A DNA stretch of 64,000 nt from an uncultured Candidatus Saccharibacteria bacterium (GCA_964633865.1 CAZWIJ010000003.1:40656-104655); one strand, 5' to 3'. Shown: positions 47,882 to 58,035, counted from the first letter of the stretch. Notes: a model not told the origin generated them from the letters alone. A program made the numbers and translations.

Positions 47882-49492
47882 TTAAATTATTTCTTGTATT
47901 TTATCCAAAATATTATCTTCTTTGTAATCTAACTCTACTTTAGACAAAGCACTATCTTTTATAATATACGTTGTATTAATACCTAATTTTGATAAGAAAT
48001 CTATATCATGGGAAATAATTATAACACTTCCAGGAAAGTTAACCAATGAATTTAAAATAGAATTTTTCGCATTTATATCAAGATTATTAGTCGGTTCATC
48101 TAATAGTATCGCTTCAACTGAATTCAAAGTTATCATCGCAAAGGCAAGTCTCGCTGTTTCTCCTCCTGACAATTCTTTACTATATTTATTCACTTGCTCT
48201 TCTTCAAAGAATAAGAAATCTCTCAATCTATTTCTAATTGAATTTAGACTAGCTTTTGGATTGTATCTTTTCATATTTTCAATCAGAGTTTGATTTGGAT
48301 CTACAAGATCATAGTTTTGGCTAATATACTCAATTCTAGCATTGATAGATTTACTTATATCACCTGTCAAATATTCTTTGTTGTTATCTTGCATAGATTT
48401 TAATAAAGTTGTCTTACCAACCCCATTTTTCCCTAAAATTACTATCCTTTCTCCGTATTCAATATCTAAATTTAAATTGCTGATAAGACTATTCTCATTA
48501 ATAGATATATATCCTTTTCTAATTTCCACAATATGTTTTCCCGAGAAATCTTTATTGGAAATCATATCATATTTGATATAAGGATTTATATCTGGCTTAT
48601 ACATATCGAGATTCTCTTGATTTTGCTCTACTCTTTTTTGGAACATGATTTGCTTTTGTCCTGCTCTTACTTGTGATTTACTTTTGAAATAACCCTTATC
48701 CATACGAGATATTCCTCTATCTCTATCTTGTTTTAGTTTTTTTGCAAAGGCTTTATTCCTCTCAAATCTTGTATTTTCTATTGTAATAGATCTATTTAAT
48801 TTAGATTTTCTTTTAAGGGCTAACTCAAATTTTCTTAATTTAGCTTGTTCTTCTAAATTCTTTTGTTCTTGATAAAAATCATAGTTTCCTCCAAACTCTC
48901 TGATAAGACATTTATCTAATTCCCATATTCTATTAACAACTTGATTTAAAAAATAAACATTATGAGAAGCAACTATAACACTTTTCTCATATGCCTTAAT
49001 AAAATTTTGGAAAATTATTTGGGAATCTATATCCAAATGATTATTTGGTTCATCCATTAATAAAACATCTGGATTAATAGCCTCTGCCATAGATATATGA
49101 ATTTTAACTAATTCACCACCACTAAACTGATTTAAATTCTTTGTAGTGTCTACTATTAATCTATACTTTTTTTCCAGAATTTCAATTACCCCCCACCATT
49201 CATCCAATGCTTTTGATAAATATTCTGATAAGTTTTGTTTAGATTGAAATAATTCTAAGTTAAGTTGCGGTAGATACCAAATTGTACCATATGATTCCAA
49301 TTTCCCTTCTGATATAGATTGTGTCTGGTTAATAATTTTTAATAAAGTAGTTTTTCCTGATCCATTATTGCCTATCAAACCTATTTTTTGGCCTTGATGT
49401 ACTGATATATTTATTTCTTCTAGGATTAATTTGAATGGGGTTTTGACTTTTATATTATGTAAACTAACATAATGAGCGTGCAGATTTTTCAT
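47882..49492 (-). CDS. ABC-F family ATPase (two ABC domains, no TMD)
   Basis: Two Walker A motifs (GNNGSGKTTLLK, GKNGVGKTTLLK) and two signature motifs (FSGGELVK, LSGGETAR) joined by a linker; 536 aa. Confidence 0.8.
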   Translation of the reverse strand: MKNLHAHYVSLHNIKVKTPFKLILEEINISVHQGQKIGLIGNNGSGKTTLLKIINQTQSISEGKLESYGTIWYLPQLNLELFQSKQNLSEYLSKALDEWWGVIEILEKKYRLIVDTTKNLNQFSGGELVKIHISMAEAINPDVLLMDEPNNHLDIDSQIIFQNFIKAYEKSVIVASHNVYFLNQVVNRIWELDKCLIREFGGNYDFYQEQKNLEEQAKLRKFELALKRKSKLNRSITIENTRFERNKAFAKKLKQDRDRGISRMDKGYFKSKSQVRAGQKQIMFQKRVEQNQENLDMYKPDINPYIKYDMISNKDFSGKHIVEIRKGYISINENSLISNLNLDIEYGERIVILGKNGVGKTTLLKSMQDNNKEYLTGDISKSINARIEYISQNYDLVDPNQTLIENMKRYNPKASLNSIRNRLRDFLFFEEEQVNKYSKELSGGETARLAFAMITLNSVEAILLDEPTNNLDINAKNSILNSLVNFPGSVIIISHDIDFLSKLGINTTYIIKDSALSKVELDYKEDNILDKIQEII

Positions 49493-49655
49493 AAAATTAT
49501 TAAAAATTGGGTATTATCTAGTATTATAGTACAGAATTTGATTAAAAACAAGGTAATCATCATAAAAATTATAAAAAATATGTAATTTTATATTGACATA
49601 TCTACATTAATCATATATAATGTCATAGCACATTAACAAAATTAAAGAAAGTTAT

Positions 49656-49982
49656 ATGGATAAACTGACTTGTTTGATTTCAAGCCTGGTTTCTTTTTTG
49701 ATCAGTTTTACTTTTACTTATGAAGTAAAAGCTGATAATGTCTGTATAATCGAAGAAAACAGTCCCGTACAAGTTGGAGAACCTTGGTATATTTGGGTAG
49801 ATCATGTTCCTAATCCTTATTGGGAACCACAAGTTTTACCTCAACCAAACATATTATGGATTGAGGATGAAAAAAATCTCCAAGCTATTTGCTTAGAACA
49901 AGAACAGAGTAATATTCCTAATGATACTTCAGAGAAAAATATTTTTTCTGAAACAAGCCAAAAGAATATTACTGAAAAATAA
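49656..49982 (+). CDS. small secreted protein (108 aa, signal peptide)
   Basis: N-terminal signal peptide MDKLTCLISSLVSFLISFTFTYEVKA|D shares the YEVKA cleavage-region motif with the 35436-35792 protein. W/P-rich mature region. Confidence 0.45.
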   Translation: MDKLTCLISSLVSFLISFTFTYEVKADNVCIIEENSPVQVGEPWYIWVDHVPNPYWEPQVLPQPNILWIEDEKNLQAICLEQEQSNIPNDTSEKNIFSETSQKNITEK

Positions 49983-50005
49983 ATCTTGATATAACTTAAA
50001 TATAA

Positions 50006-50045
50006 ATACCTACTATTATAATAGTGGGTATTTTTGTTTTTTTAA
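50006..50045 (+). terminator. Rho-independent terminator (13-bp stem ATACCTACTATTA/TAATAGTGGGTAT with one G-U pair, then TTTTTGTTTTTTT); possibly bidirectional
   Basis: Long inverted repeat followed by a T-run between the convergent 49656-49982 gene and glyQS. Confidence 0.55.
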
Positions 50046-51473
50046 TTAGAATTTAGACATATAATTTTCTAAATCAGAGATCTGAACTCTTTTTTGTTCC
50101 ATTGTATCTCTATGTCTAATTGTAATGGTATTATCTTCTTTTGACTGATAGTCTATTGTAATACACCAAGGAGTCCCAATTTCATCTTGTCTTCTGTATC
50201 TTTTACCAATTGAACCTGCCTCGTCATAAGTAACCATAAGTCCTTTTTGCCTAAGATCAATGTAAATTTCTTCTGCTTTTTCCCTCAAACCATCTTTTTT
50301 CATCAAAGGAAGTATAGCTAACTTGTAAGGGGCTAATTTATATGGCAATCTAAATACTATTCTTGACTCTTTCTCACTGATTTCTTCTTCATGATAAAAC
50401 TCAAACAATAGCATCAAAAACATTCTATTTACCCCTGCTGACATTTCTATTATATATGGATTATATCTTTTATTGTTTTCTGGATCAAAGTAAGATAAAT
50501 CTTTTTTACTAAATTTAGAATGCTGATCAGTATCATAGCTAGTTCTATTATGGACTCCTTCCATTTCTTTGAATCCTAAATCCCCAAATTTATATTCTAT
50601 GTCCCAAGCATCAAGGGCATAGAAGACTAATTCATCCTGATTATGCTGTCTATATTTTAGATTTGTATCAGAAATTCCTAAAAATTTTGTGTAAAATTCC
50701 CATCTATTATTTTTCCAATATTGATACCATTCATCTACAGATTTTTCATTTTCTAATTTAAATTCATCTGGCTTTATAAAGTATTGCATATCAATCTGCT
50801 CGAATTCTCTTGTTCTAAATAAAAATTGTTTTACTGTAATCTCATTCCTAAAAGCTTTACCTAACTGAGCTATCCCAAAAGGTAATTTTCTTCTAGTTGT
50901 TTCTTGTACCAATTTCCAATCTAAATAAATATTTTGACAAGACTCACCCTTTAGATAAGCTACTGTACTATCATTTTCTACTGGACCTAAATGAGTTTTT
51001 ACCAAAAGATTAAATTTTTTAGCATTAGATAAAGAGTTACCATCTGGTGATTTGATAACATAGAATTCAATAATCTTATCTATTTCTTCTGCTGTTAAGG
51101 CCCCTGCATTCTCTATAATCTCATCTTTGTCTAAAAACTTAACCTTTGAATCTTCTATCAAATGATCCGCTCTATATCTTTTATGAGTCACCAAATCTTC
51201 TACAAGTAAATCTGAGAATCCCCCTATATGACCACTTGCTTCCCAAACTTTCGGATGAAGAAAAATAGACCCCTCAATTTCTTCTGTATCAGTTCTTGAT
51301 ATGATATTCCATTCTCTCCAAGAATCAATCAAATTTCTTTTTAAGATTGAACCAAGAGGTCCAAAGTCATAACTTGCTGAGAAACCTCCATAAATTTCTG
51401 AGGATGGATAAACCAATCCATTTTTTGAAGCAAATTTTACTATGGTTTCTAAAGATAATTTTTGTTGAGCCAT
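50046..51473 (-). CDS. glyQS: glycine--tRNA ligase (class II, dimeric alpha2 type)
   Basis: The N-terminus VKFASKNGLVYPSSEIYGGFSASYDFGPLGSILKRNL is characteristic of GlyRS. Class II motifs present and C-terminal anticodon-binding domain. 475 aa. Confidence 0.9.
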   Translation of the reverse strand: MAQQKLSLETIVKFASKNGLVYPSSEIYGGFSASYDFGPLGSILKRNLIDSWREWNIISRTDTEEIEGSIFLHPKVWEASGHIGGFSDLLVEDLVTHKRYRADHLIEDSKVKFLDKDEIIENAGALTAEEIDKIIEFYVIKSPDGNSLSNAKKFNLLVKTHLGPVENDSTVAYLKGESCQNIYLDWKLVQETTRRKLPFGIAQLGKAFRNEITVKQFLFRTREFEQIDMQYFIKPDEFKLENEKSVDEWYQYWKNNRWEFYTKFLGISDTNLKYRQHNQDELVFYALDAWDIEYKFGDLGFKEMEGVHNRTSYDTDQHSKFSKKDLSYFDPENNKRYNPYIIEMSAGVNRMFLMLLFEFYHEEEISEKESRIVFRLPYKLAPYKLAILPLMKKDGLREKAEEIYIDLRQKGLMVTYDEAGSIGKRYRRQDEIGTPWCITIDYQSKEDNTITIRHRDTMEQKRVQISDLENYMSKF

Positions 51474-51537
51474 GAAAATAAATTATAATTTTTATTATAC
51501 AATTATATCATAAAGTTAACTTTATTTAAAGTATAAA

Positions 51538-52101
51538 CTAGCTTAACCATTTATTAATAATATTCTTTGTGTCATCTACAGCTTTCTCTAAATCATCATT
51601 TAGAACGATATGATCAAAATTTTTTCTCATCTTTATTTCATATTCTGCTCTTCTCATTCTTTCTTCTAATGAATTCTGATCTTCAGATCCTCTATTTTTT
51701 AATCTTTGATATAAAATTTCTAAACTAGGTGGATTTATAAATATACTTAAAGCATTATCTTTAAATTTTTTTTTCAAATTAATTGACCCATCTACATCTA
51801 TTTCAAAGATTATTATTTTTCCCAAATCCCATAATCTCTCTAACTCAGATTTCAAAGTTCCATAGTAAGTTCCTGAATATACTTCCTCATATTCCAACAA
51901 CTCATTATTTTGGATTTTTTCTTGAAAGTCTTCTGTATTTATATAATAATAATTAATACCTTCTTGTTCCCCTTTCCTAATCTTTCTAGTTGTTGCTGAG
52001 ACAGAGGTTACTAATTGATTATTCCAATCTAATAATCTGGAGATTATAGTTCCTTTACCTCCTCCAGATGGTGATGATATTATTATAACTTTATTATTCA
52101 T
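51538..52101 (-). CDS. gmk: guanylate kinase
   Basis: P-loop SSPSGGGKGT, with GEQEGINYYYI and a NMP/LID arrangement typical of Gmk. 187 aa. Confidence 0.85.
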   Translation of the reverse strand: MNNKVIIISSPSGGGKGTIISRLLDWNNQLVTSVSATTRKIRKGEQEGINYYYINTEDFQEKIQNNELLEYEEVYSGTYYGTLKSELERLWDLGKIIIFEIDVDGSINLKKKFKDNALSIFINPPSLEILYQRLKNRGSEDQNSLEERMRRAEYEIKMRKNFDHIVLNDDLEKAVDDTKNIINKWLS

Positions 52102-52104
52102 AAA

Positions 52105-52875
52105 CTAAAAATTAAACACTTTAGATGCATTATTATCTAATATTTTCTCTATCTCTTCATTAGATATTCCTTTCAAATCAGATATTTTCTGTACTATATA
52201 CTTTACTTTTAAAGGAGTATTTTTTTCTCCTCTGAATGGTACTGGTGATAAATATGGAGAATCTGTCTCAGATAATATTTGATCTAGTGGAACTCCCTTG
52301 ACAGTATTTTGGATATCTTCTACATTATTTTTAAAAGTAATTATTCCAGAAAAAGAAAAGTAATTTTTATGCAAAAGTGAATTCAATTTATAAAACCAAT
52401 CTAAATTCCCAGAAAAACAATGATAAACTACCTTAAGATTTTCATATTCTTTCAAAATATCATAAGTTTCTTGAAAAGACTCTCTTGTATGAATAATTAA
52501 GGGTTTATCATATTTCTGAGCTATATCAATTTGAATTCTAAATAAATCCTCTTGCTTTTTATATAAATCTTTTTTTTCATTATAATAAAAATCGAATCCA
52601 CATTCACCAATTGCAACATTATTTGAATCCAAAACTAATTCTTCTAAATTTATATATACATCTGCTAAATCTACTTTATCTGCTTCATGAGGATGAACAC
52701 CTGATGAAAATCTAAAATTAGAATACTTTTTTACTATATCCCTAGCTAATATTGAGTCTTTTATATTAGTCCCAACTACAACTGACTTAATATTGTTTTT
52801 TATTAAATCTTTAATAATAATTTCTCTATCAAAATTAAATTCATTAGAGTTTATATGAGAATGAGTATCAAACAT
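52105..52875 (-). CDS. tatD: TatD-family metal-dependent hydrolase (DNase)
   Basis: Contains MFDTHSH (HxH), GECGFDFYY, IIHTRESF, YHCFSG and a terminal D. Start placed at the internal ATG at 52873-52875 (MFDTHSH), directly after the PBP1A stop codon (52877-52879). The longer track ORF from 52923 would overlap PBP1A by 47 nt. Confidence 0.75.
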   Translation of the reverse strand: MFDTHSHINSNEFNFDREIIIKDLIKNNIKSVVVGTNIKDSILARDIVKKYSNFRFSSGVHPHEADKVDLADVYINLEELVLDSNNVAIGECGFDFYYNEKKDLYKKQEDLFRIQIDIAQKYDKPLIIHTRESFQETYDILKEYENLKVVYHCFSGNLDWFYKLNSLLHKNYFSFSGIITFKNNVEDIQNTVKGVPLDQILSETDSPYLSPVPFRGEKNTPLKVKYIVQKISDLKGISNEEIEKILDNNASKVFNF

Positions 52876-52876
52876 T

Positions 52877-55672
52877 TTATGGAGCAATAACTTTATTACT
52901 TGTAGAGACATTTGACCATTCATCAGTAGCTTTTACATAAAAAGTATAGGTTGTCTTTGTAGGATCAAGAGAAGGAATATAAGTCGAGGTATAAGTTGAT
53001 TTATCTGAACTAGGTAATGTAAGTGTTGTAATTTTACCTATTGTATCTTCATAAAAATCAACTGTTTTCACTGAACTTTTTGCATCTGTAATATTAGCCA
53101 CAAGATTAAAACCAGTAATAGAATTTCCAGTAACTTTAAATGATCCTATTACAGGAGCAACTACATCTATATCAGCAGTAAATACTTGAGTTAATTCATT
53201 CTTATAATAGTTATTATCCCAAGCCTTAACTAATATTAAATTTTCTCCTTCTTTAGTTAAAGGAATTTTTTTAGAAAAGTCTCCATTTTGAAAGCTACCA
53301 ACTAGTACATCATTAAGATAAATTTCAACTTGTCTAATTCCATTAGGAGCAGTTGCTGTTCCTGATATTGTAGTTTCTGGCAATTTAACTACAGTGCTTG
53401 GAGAAGAAATTACTATTGTTGGTCTATTTTGTTCAACATAAACATCGTCTGTCTCAGTAGGAGGTTCGGAACTATATTCAGCATTATTACGAGCCCATTC
53501 CTTTACAGGAGCTTCCCATTGATTGAACATCTTGTCTTTAAAAGGATTTTTAGGCCAAGATGGATTCAAAGGATCTTCTGGATCTACATAATATAATATA
53601 TTGTGTACAGATTTATATTCTTTCTCATCTATCAATTCTGGCGGAGTATTATCTGAAGCTAATTTACCTGTTACTCTATTAACTTTAGCTGTTTTGGATC
53701 CACCAACTATTCCATTTAACATCGGCTTATTTACACTAACTTCATCTGGCTCAACAAACTTACCTGGTTTTCTGACCTTTACTACTTCTCTCATAAATCT
53801 ATTCCATATAGGAGCTGCAACAACAGATCCATCAGCTCCATTTTTCATAGGAGAATTATCATTTTTACCAACCCAAACTCCTACAACTAAATTATTAGTA
53901 TATCCTACTGTAAGTGCATCTCTGAATTCTTGACTTGTTCCAGTTTTAGCTCCAGTATCAACTCCAGGTACAGATAAATCATTTGTAAAACCAAATACAG
54001 GAGATCTAGCTTCATTATCTGACATAACATCTACAACTTGTCTAGCAGTTTGTTCGGAAAATACTTGTTTTTCTCTACTCTTCCATGAGTATAAAACGTC
54101 ATTTTTACTATTAATAACTTCTTTTACAGATGCTATTGGATTAATTTTTCCATCATTAGGAAAAACACTATATGCACCAAAATGTTCTATCAATTTCAAA
54201 TCTGAACCTCCTAAAGCAGTAGCTAGACCCATTTCTTTAGATTCTGGATAATCAGTAATTCCTAAATCAAATGATTTTCTTTGAAAATTTTTAATCCCTG
54301 CCAAATATAAAGTTTTTACAGCTGGAACATTCAAAGATGTTGCAAGAGATCTTCTCATACTTACTGGGCCATTAAACTGTAAATTAAAGTTATTTGGTTC
54401 ATACTTAGGTTTACCATCAACAGTTTCAAAATTAGTTGGCAAATCAAATAATATAGTGTTTGGATTAAATCCTTTATCAAAAGCTGTTGCATATACAAGA
54501 GGCTTGATTGAAGATCCTGGGGATTGTGGAGTTACTAAAACATTTACATTTCCATCAACAGATTCATCATAATAATCTCTAGAACCTACCATAGCTAAAA
54601 TTTGACCATTATCTGGGTCTATAACTCCCATAGCAGCATTCTGTGCATCATATTTTGATTTCAAACCATCTAAAGTTTCTTTAACAGTTTTTTCAGATAA
54701 CTGTTGCATATTCCAATCTAATGTTGTAATTATTTTTAAACCTCCTTGCTCTAAAGTTTCTTCTCCAAATTGCTCAGCCAACTTTTCTCTTACATAAAAT
54801 ACAAAGTGAGGAGCTTTTATATTAACTATACTAGAAGCTACTTTTAACTCTTTAGACTTTTGTTCTTGATATTCATCTTCAGATAAATATCCCTCATCTC
54901 TCATAACTCTCAGAACATATTGCTGCCTTTCATATAACTTATCAAAATTTGAACCAAAAGGAGAGTAATAAGTAGGTCTTTGTATCATTGCAGCTAACAT
55001 AGCTGCTTGATAAGCTTCTAAATCTTTAGTTTGTTTACCAAAAAAATATTGTGATGCTGATTCTATACCATAAACTTGTCCTCCAAATGGAATTTCATTT
55101 AAATAAAAAGTTATTATTTCTTCTTTAGAATAATTCTGCTCCACTTGCAGAGCCAAAACAGCTTCTTTTATTTTTCTAGAAAAAGTTTTTTCATTTGTTA
55201 AAATAGCATTCTTAACAAACTGCTGAGTAATAGTTGAACCTCCACCTCCTACACCTTTTCCAGTAAAATTCTGATAAGCTGCTCTAATAATTGCCATTGG
55301 CCTAACACCTAGATGAGTATAAAATTCCCTATCTTCAATAGAAATAAAAGCTTTTTTTACAGTATCAGGAATTTCATCTGATTTAATTATTTTTCTATTT
55401 TCATTACCAGCAATTTCATACAATAAAACTTCTCCACTACTATCATAAATTTGACTGGATTCTATTAGTTTTCTATCACTTAAATTAACAATACTTGGAA
55501 GATCTCTTCCTACATAATAATAAACTCCTCCTCCTACAAATATACCTCCTAATATAATTATACCAAAAGATATCCCTGATATTTTTAATATTTTCTTCTT
55601 CCAATCTTTCTTAGCTTTTACCTTAGAAAAAGGATCAACATTATCTGATTTTTTAAATTTAAATAATTTCAT
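52877..55672 (-). CDS. class A penicillin-binding protein (PBP1A: glycosyltransferase + transpeptidase) with a ~200-aa C-terminal tandem Ig-like extension
   Basis: N-terminal TM anchor. GT51 motifs (FISIEDREFYTHLGV, GGSTITQQ). Transpeptidase motifs SPGSSIKP (SxxK), SLN-type, and KTGTS. The C-terminal ~200 aa are beta-rich with no catalytic motif. Confidence 0.85.
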   Translation of the reverse strand: MKLFKFKKSDNVDPFSKVKAKKDWKKKILKISGISFGIIILGGIFVGGGVYYYVGRDLPSIVNLSDRKLIESSQIYDSSGEVLLYEIAGNENRKIIKSDEIPDTVKKAFISIEDREFYTHLGVRPMAIIRAAYQNFTGKGVGGGGSTITQQFVKNAILTNEKTFSRKIKEAVLALQVEQNYSKEEIITFYLNEIPFGGQVYGIESASQYFFGKQTKDLEAYQAAMLAAMIQRPTYYSPFGSNFDKLYERQQYVLRVMRDEGYLSEDEYQEQKSKELKVASSIVNIKAPHFVFYVREKLAEQFGEETLEQGGLKIITTLDWNMQQLSEKTVKETLDGLKSKYDAQNAAMGVIDPDNGQILAMVGSRDYYDESVDGNVNVLVTPQSPGSSIKPLVYATAFDKGFNPNTILFDLPTNFETVDGKPKYEPNNFNLQFNGPVSMRRSLATSLNVPAVKTLYLAGIKNFQRKSFDLGITDYPESKEMGLATALGGSDLKLIEHFGAYSVFPNDGKINPIASVKEVINSKNDVLYSWKSREKQVFSEQTARQVVDVMSDNEARSPVFGFTNDLSVPGVDTGAKTGTSQEFRDALTVGYTNNLVVGVWVGKNDNSPMKNGADGSVVAAPIWNRFMREVVKVRKPGKFVEPDEVSVNKPMLNGIVGGSKTAKVNRVTGKLASDNTPPELIDEKEYKSVHNILYYVDPEDPLNPSWPKNPFKDKMFNQWEAPVKEWARNNAEYSSEPPTETDDVYVEQNRPTIVISSPSTVVKLPETTISGTATAPNGIRQVEIYLNDVLVGSFQNGDFSKKIPLTKEGENLILVKAWDNNYYKNELTQVFTADIDVVAPVIGSFKVTGNSITGFNLVANITDAKSSVKTVDFYEDTIGKITTLTLPSSDKSTYTSTYIPSLDPTKTTYTFYVKATDEWSNVSTSNKVIAP

Positions 55673-55725
55673 AAATAATTATAAATTTATAATTTTTAAA
55701 CTATATTTTCTGCCTCTGGTAAAAT

Positions 55726-56034
55726 TTATAGTCTTTCTTCTGGAATTGGTATTCCACTATTAATATCTATTCCATAGGTACCATCCTTTATTCTTTCAAG
55801 TGCTCTTTCTATTTGTTTTAAAGAATTTTCTAGAGAATCTTCTACATATAAATCTCTTTCAAAATTAATTCTTTCTTGTAAATTATCGTCACTGTCATCA
55901 CTTATATCACTATATTTAGGTTCAAATTCACCTGTTACCTGATTTTTTAAAGCAACTGTATTTAGTTCATCTAAAATGTGTTGTTTTTTAATCTCTAATT
56001 TTTCTTTAAAATAATTTAACTTATCTGTATCCAT
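55726..56034 (-). CDS. DksA/TraR-family-like protein lacking the Cys4 zinc finger
   Basis: C-terminal LERIKDGTYGIDINSGIPIPEERL matches DksA RIEDGTYGICEECGEEIPEERL with the Cys positions replaced by D/N/S. Coiled-coil N-terminal part. 102 aa. Confidence 0.5.
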   Translation of the reverse strand: MDTDKLNYFKEKLEIKKQHILDELNTVALKNQVTGEFEPKYSDISDDSDDNLQERINFERDLYVEDSLENSLKQIERALERIKDGTYGIDINSGIPIPEERL

Positions 56035-56060
56035 ATTATTTAAATTATAGGATATATATA

Positions 56061-56837
56061 TTATATCACTGTTTTATTGGCGGTAAATACTATAATAATA
56101 ATGATTATTACAAATATAACCGTCCTTGTTAATAACTCCATTAAAGATATTTTTTTTAAATAAATATCCTTACAACTTATTATACTAAAAATTACAAAAA
56201 TATTCAACAAAATTGATAAAGTTAAATGAGAATAAGGCATTAATCTCAACACTACAAATAATTGCATTGTTATAAACGAAATAAAAAGAGATAAAATAAA
56301 ATTCTTTTTCATGTTATACATATGAAAAAAGAACATAAATATATTAGTATTATATATAAAACAAATTATAGCAAGATGAAAAGAATTCAAATTATTAACA
56401 AAAATAGAACCAAACAAATATGAATAAAATATAAAGTTAGATAATACAATATTAGATAATATAATTTCTTTACTAAACTCAAACTTAACAAATTCTTTAA
56501 ATGATATAACTTCTTGAATTATAAACATACTAATAGTTAAAAAAAGAATAACTAACCATGATGGAATTGTATTCCCAGCTGTTACCTTCAGAAACAAAAC
56601 TGACCCTAAAAAGAAACTTACTGGTATCTGATACAAACTAAATGTTTTTTGAAATGTGTATATGAAATAACCAAAAAACAGAATTACCCAAATTAAATTT
56701 GAAAAACTTAATAAAATAAAACTATTTTGTTTTATTAAATACAAATAGTATGGAAATATTATTATAAAAAAAATAATATTCCAAAAACTTTTTTCTTTTA
56801 GTATTGAAATAACAATTTGATTGTATTTATTTGACAC
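56061..56837 (-). CDS. hypothetical polytopic membrane protein (258 aa, ~8 TM)
   Basis: Hydrophobic ORF between the DksA-like gene and a GT2 gene; no motif recognised. Confidence 0.45.
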   Translation of the reverse strand: MSNKYNQIVISILKEKSFWNIIFFIIIFPYYLYLIKQNSFILLSFSNLIWVILFFGYFIYTFQKTFSLYQIPVSFFLGSVLFLKVTAGNTIPSWLVILFLTISMFIIQEVISFKEFVKFEFSKEIILSNIVLSNFIFYSYLFGSIFVNNLNSFHLAIICFIYNTNIFMFFFHMYNMKKNFILSLFISFITMQLFVVLRLMPYSHLTLSILLNIFVIFSIISCKDIYLKKISLMELLTRTVIFVIIIIIIVFTANKTVI

Positions 56838-56897
56838 TGAACAATTATTTTAGATGAATATATACATATTATAAACTATAATTAAGCTAAATAAAAG

Positions 56898-57779
56898 CTA
56901 TTTTTTCTTATTTTTAATTTTATATTTGTTTTTAGTATTTTTACTAGATTTATTAGAAGTATTAGAATGTGTTTTATCAGATTTTTTATTAAATATTTCT
57001 ATCTCAGAATACTTTATTGCTGTTAAATTTGAAACTAAATTTTCTTCATAATTTTGTGATGTATCCCTTTTATAATAACCTATTCTAATTCTATAAAAAA
57101 TAGCCATTACATCAACTAATACATTTATAACTGCTTTTGGATTAATACTTGATGATATATCATTATACATCATACGAACTGGAACCTCTGTAATTCTATA
57201 TCTATATTGTTTTGCTATTGCTAATAATTCAATATCAAAAGCAAATCTTTTTACTAACATTTTTTGCATTATAAATTGAATCTTATCAGTCTTAAATCCT
57301 TTAATACCAACTTGAGTATCACTCACTCCTAGATTAAATAAAGTCTTTGTTAATAATTGACCTGAAAGACTTAAAAACCTTCTTTGCCAAGGATATCTTA
57401 ATCTTGAAGCTCTATTTCTTTTTGACCCAATAACAATTGGGAACACTGTTACTTTTAGTGTATAAAAAATTAAAAGAATATTATCTATAGGAAAATCCAT
57501 TCCAGCATCAAAAAATACTGTATAATTTCCTTTTGCCTTAGTCACTCCAAATTTTAAAGCATAACCTTTACCTTGATTGGGATTATAAAAATAAATTTTA
57601 GTAAAATCATTGCCTAAGTTTTTTGCTACTTTCCAAGTATCCTCACAACCATCTACTATAACTATAATTTCTGTTTTATATATCCATTTTTCAAAATATT
57701 TTTGTAACTGTTCTATTGTATTCTGTATATTCTTTTGCTCTTTATAAGCTGGAACAATTATACTCAATTCTGGATTCAT
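56898..57779 (-). CDS. glycosyltransferase family 2 (dolichyl/polyprenyl-phosphate sugar synthase-like)
   Basis: Starts LSIIVPAYKEQKNIQNTIEQL, with a DGCED DxD-like region; 293 aa with a basic K-rich tail. Confidence 0.8.
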   Translation of the reverse strand: MNPELSIIVPAYKEQKNIQNTIEQLQKYFEKWIYKTEIIVIVDGCEDTWKVAKNLGNDFTKIYFYNPNQGKGYALKFGVTKAKGNYTVFFDAGMDFPIDNILLIFYTLKVTVFPIVIGSKRNRASRLRYPWQRRFLSLSGQLLTKTLFNLGVSDTQVGIKGFKTDKIQFIMQKMLVKRFAFDIELLAIAKQYRYRITEVPVRMMYNDISSSINPKAVINVLVDVMAIFYRIRIGYYKRDTSQNYEENLVSNLTAIKYSEIEIFNKKSDKTHSNTSNKSSKNTKNKYKIKNKKK

Positions 57780-58035
57780 AACTAATTTAATTAATAATAA
57801 AATTAATGACTTTTACCTATTGTACTTTAAATTTACTATATTTGTCAAATTATTTCTTTATATTTATTAAAAACATATGTGTAACTCATATAAAACTATT
57901 TATTCACTAGCTTTTGCAACCTCAAATGTCTAATATATATTGACATTATAAAAAAATATGTTAACATTAATTAGCACTTTATAAAATAAATTGAGTGAAT
58001 TTTTATGGACATGAATAAGTATTCCTCGATTACTC

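Noticed and set aside
52876-52923. 47-nt overlap between the tatD start (track start 52923) and the PBP1A 3' end
   Set aside because: An internal ATG (52873-52875) gives the canonical TatD N-terminus MFDTHSH right after the PBP1A stop. The long overlap is therefore more likely an ORF-extension artefact than a real overlapping gene arrangement.
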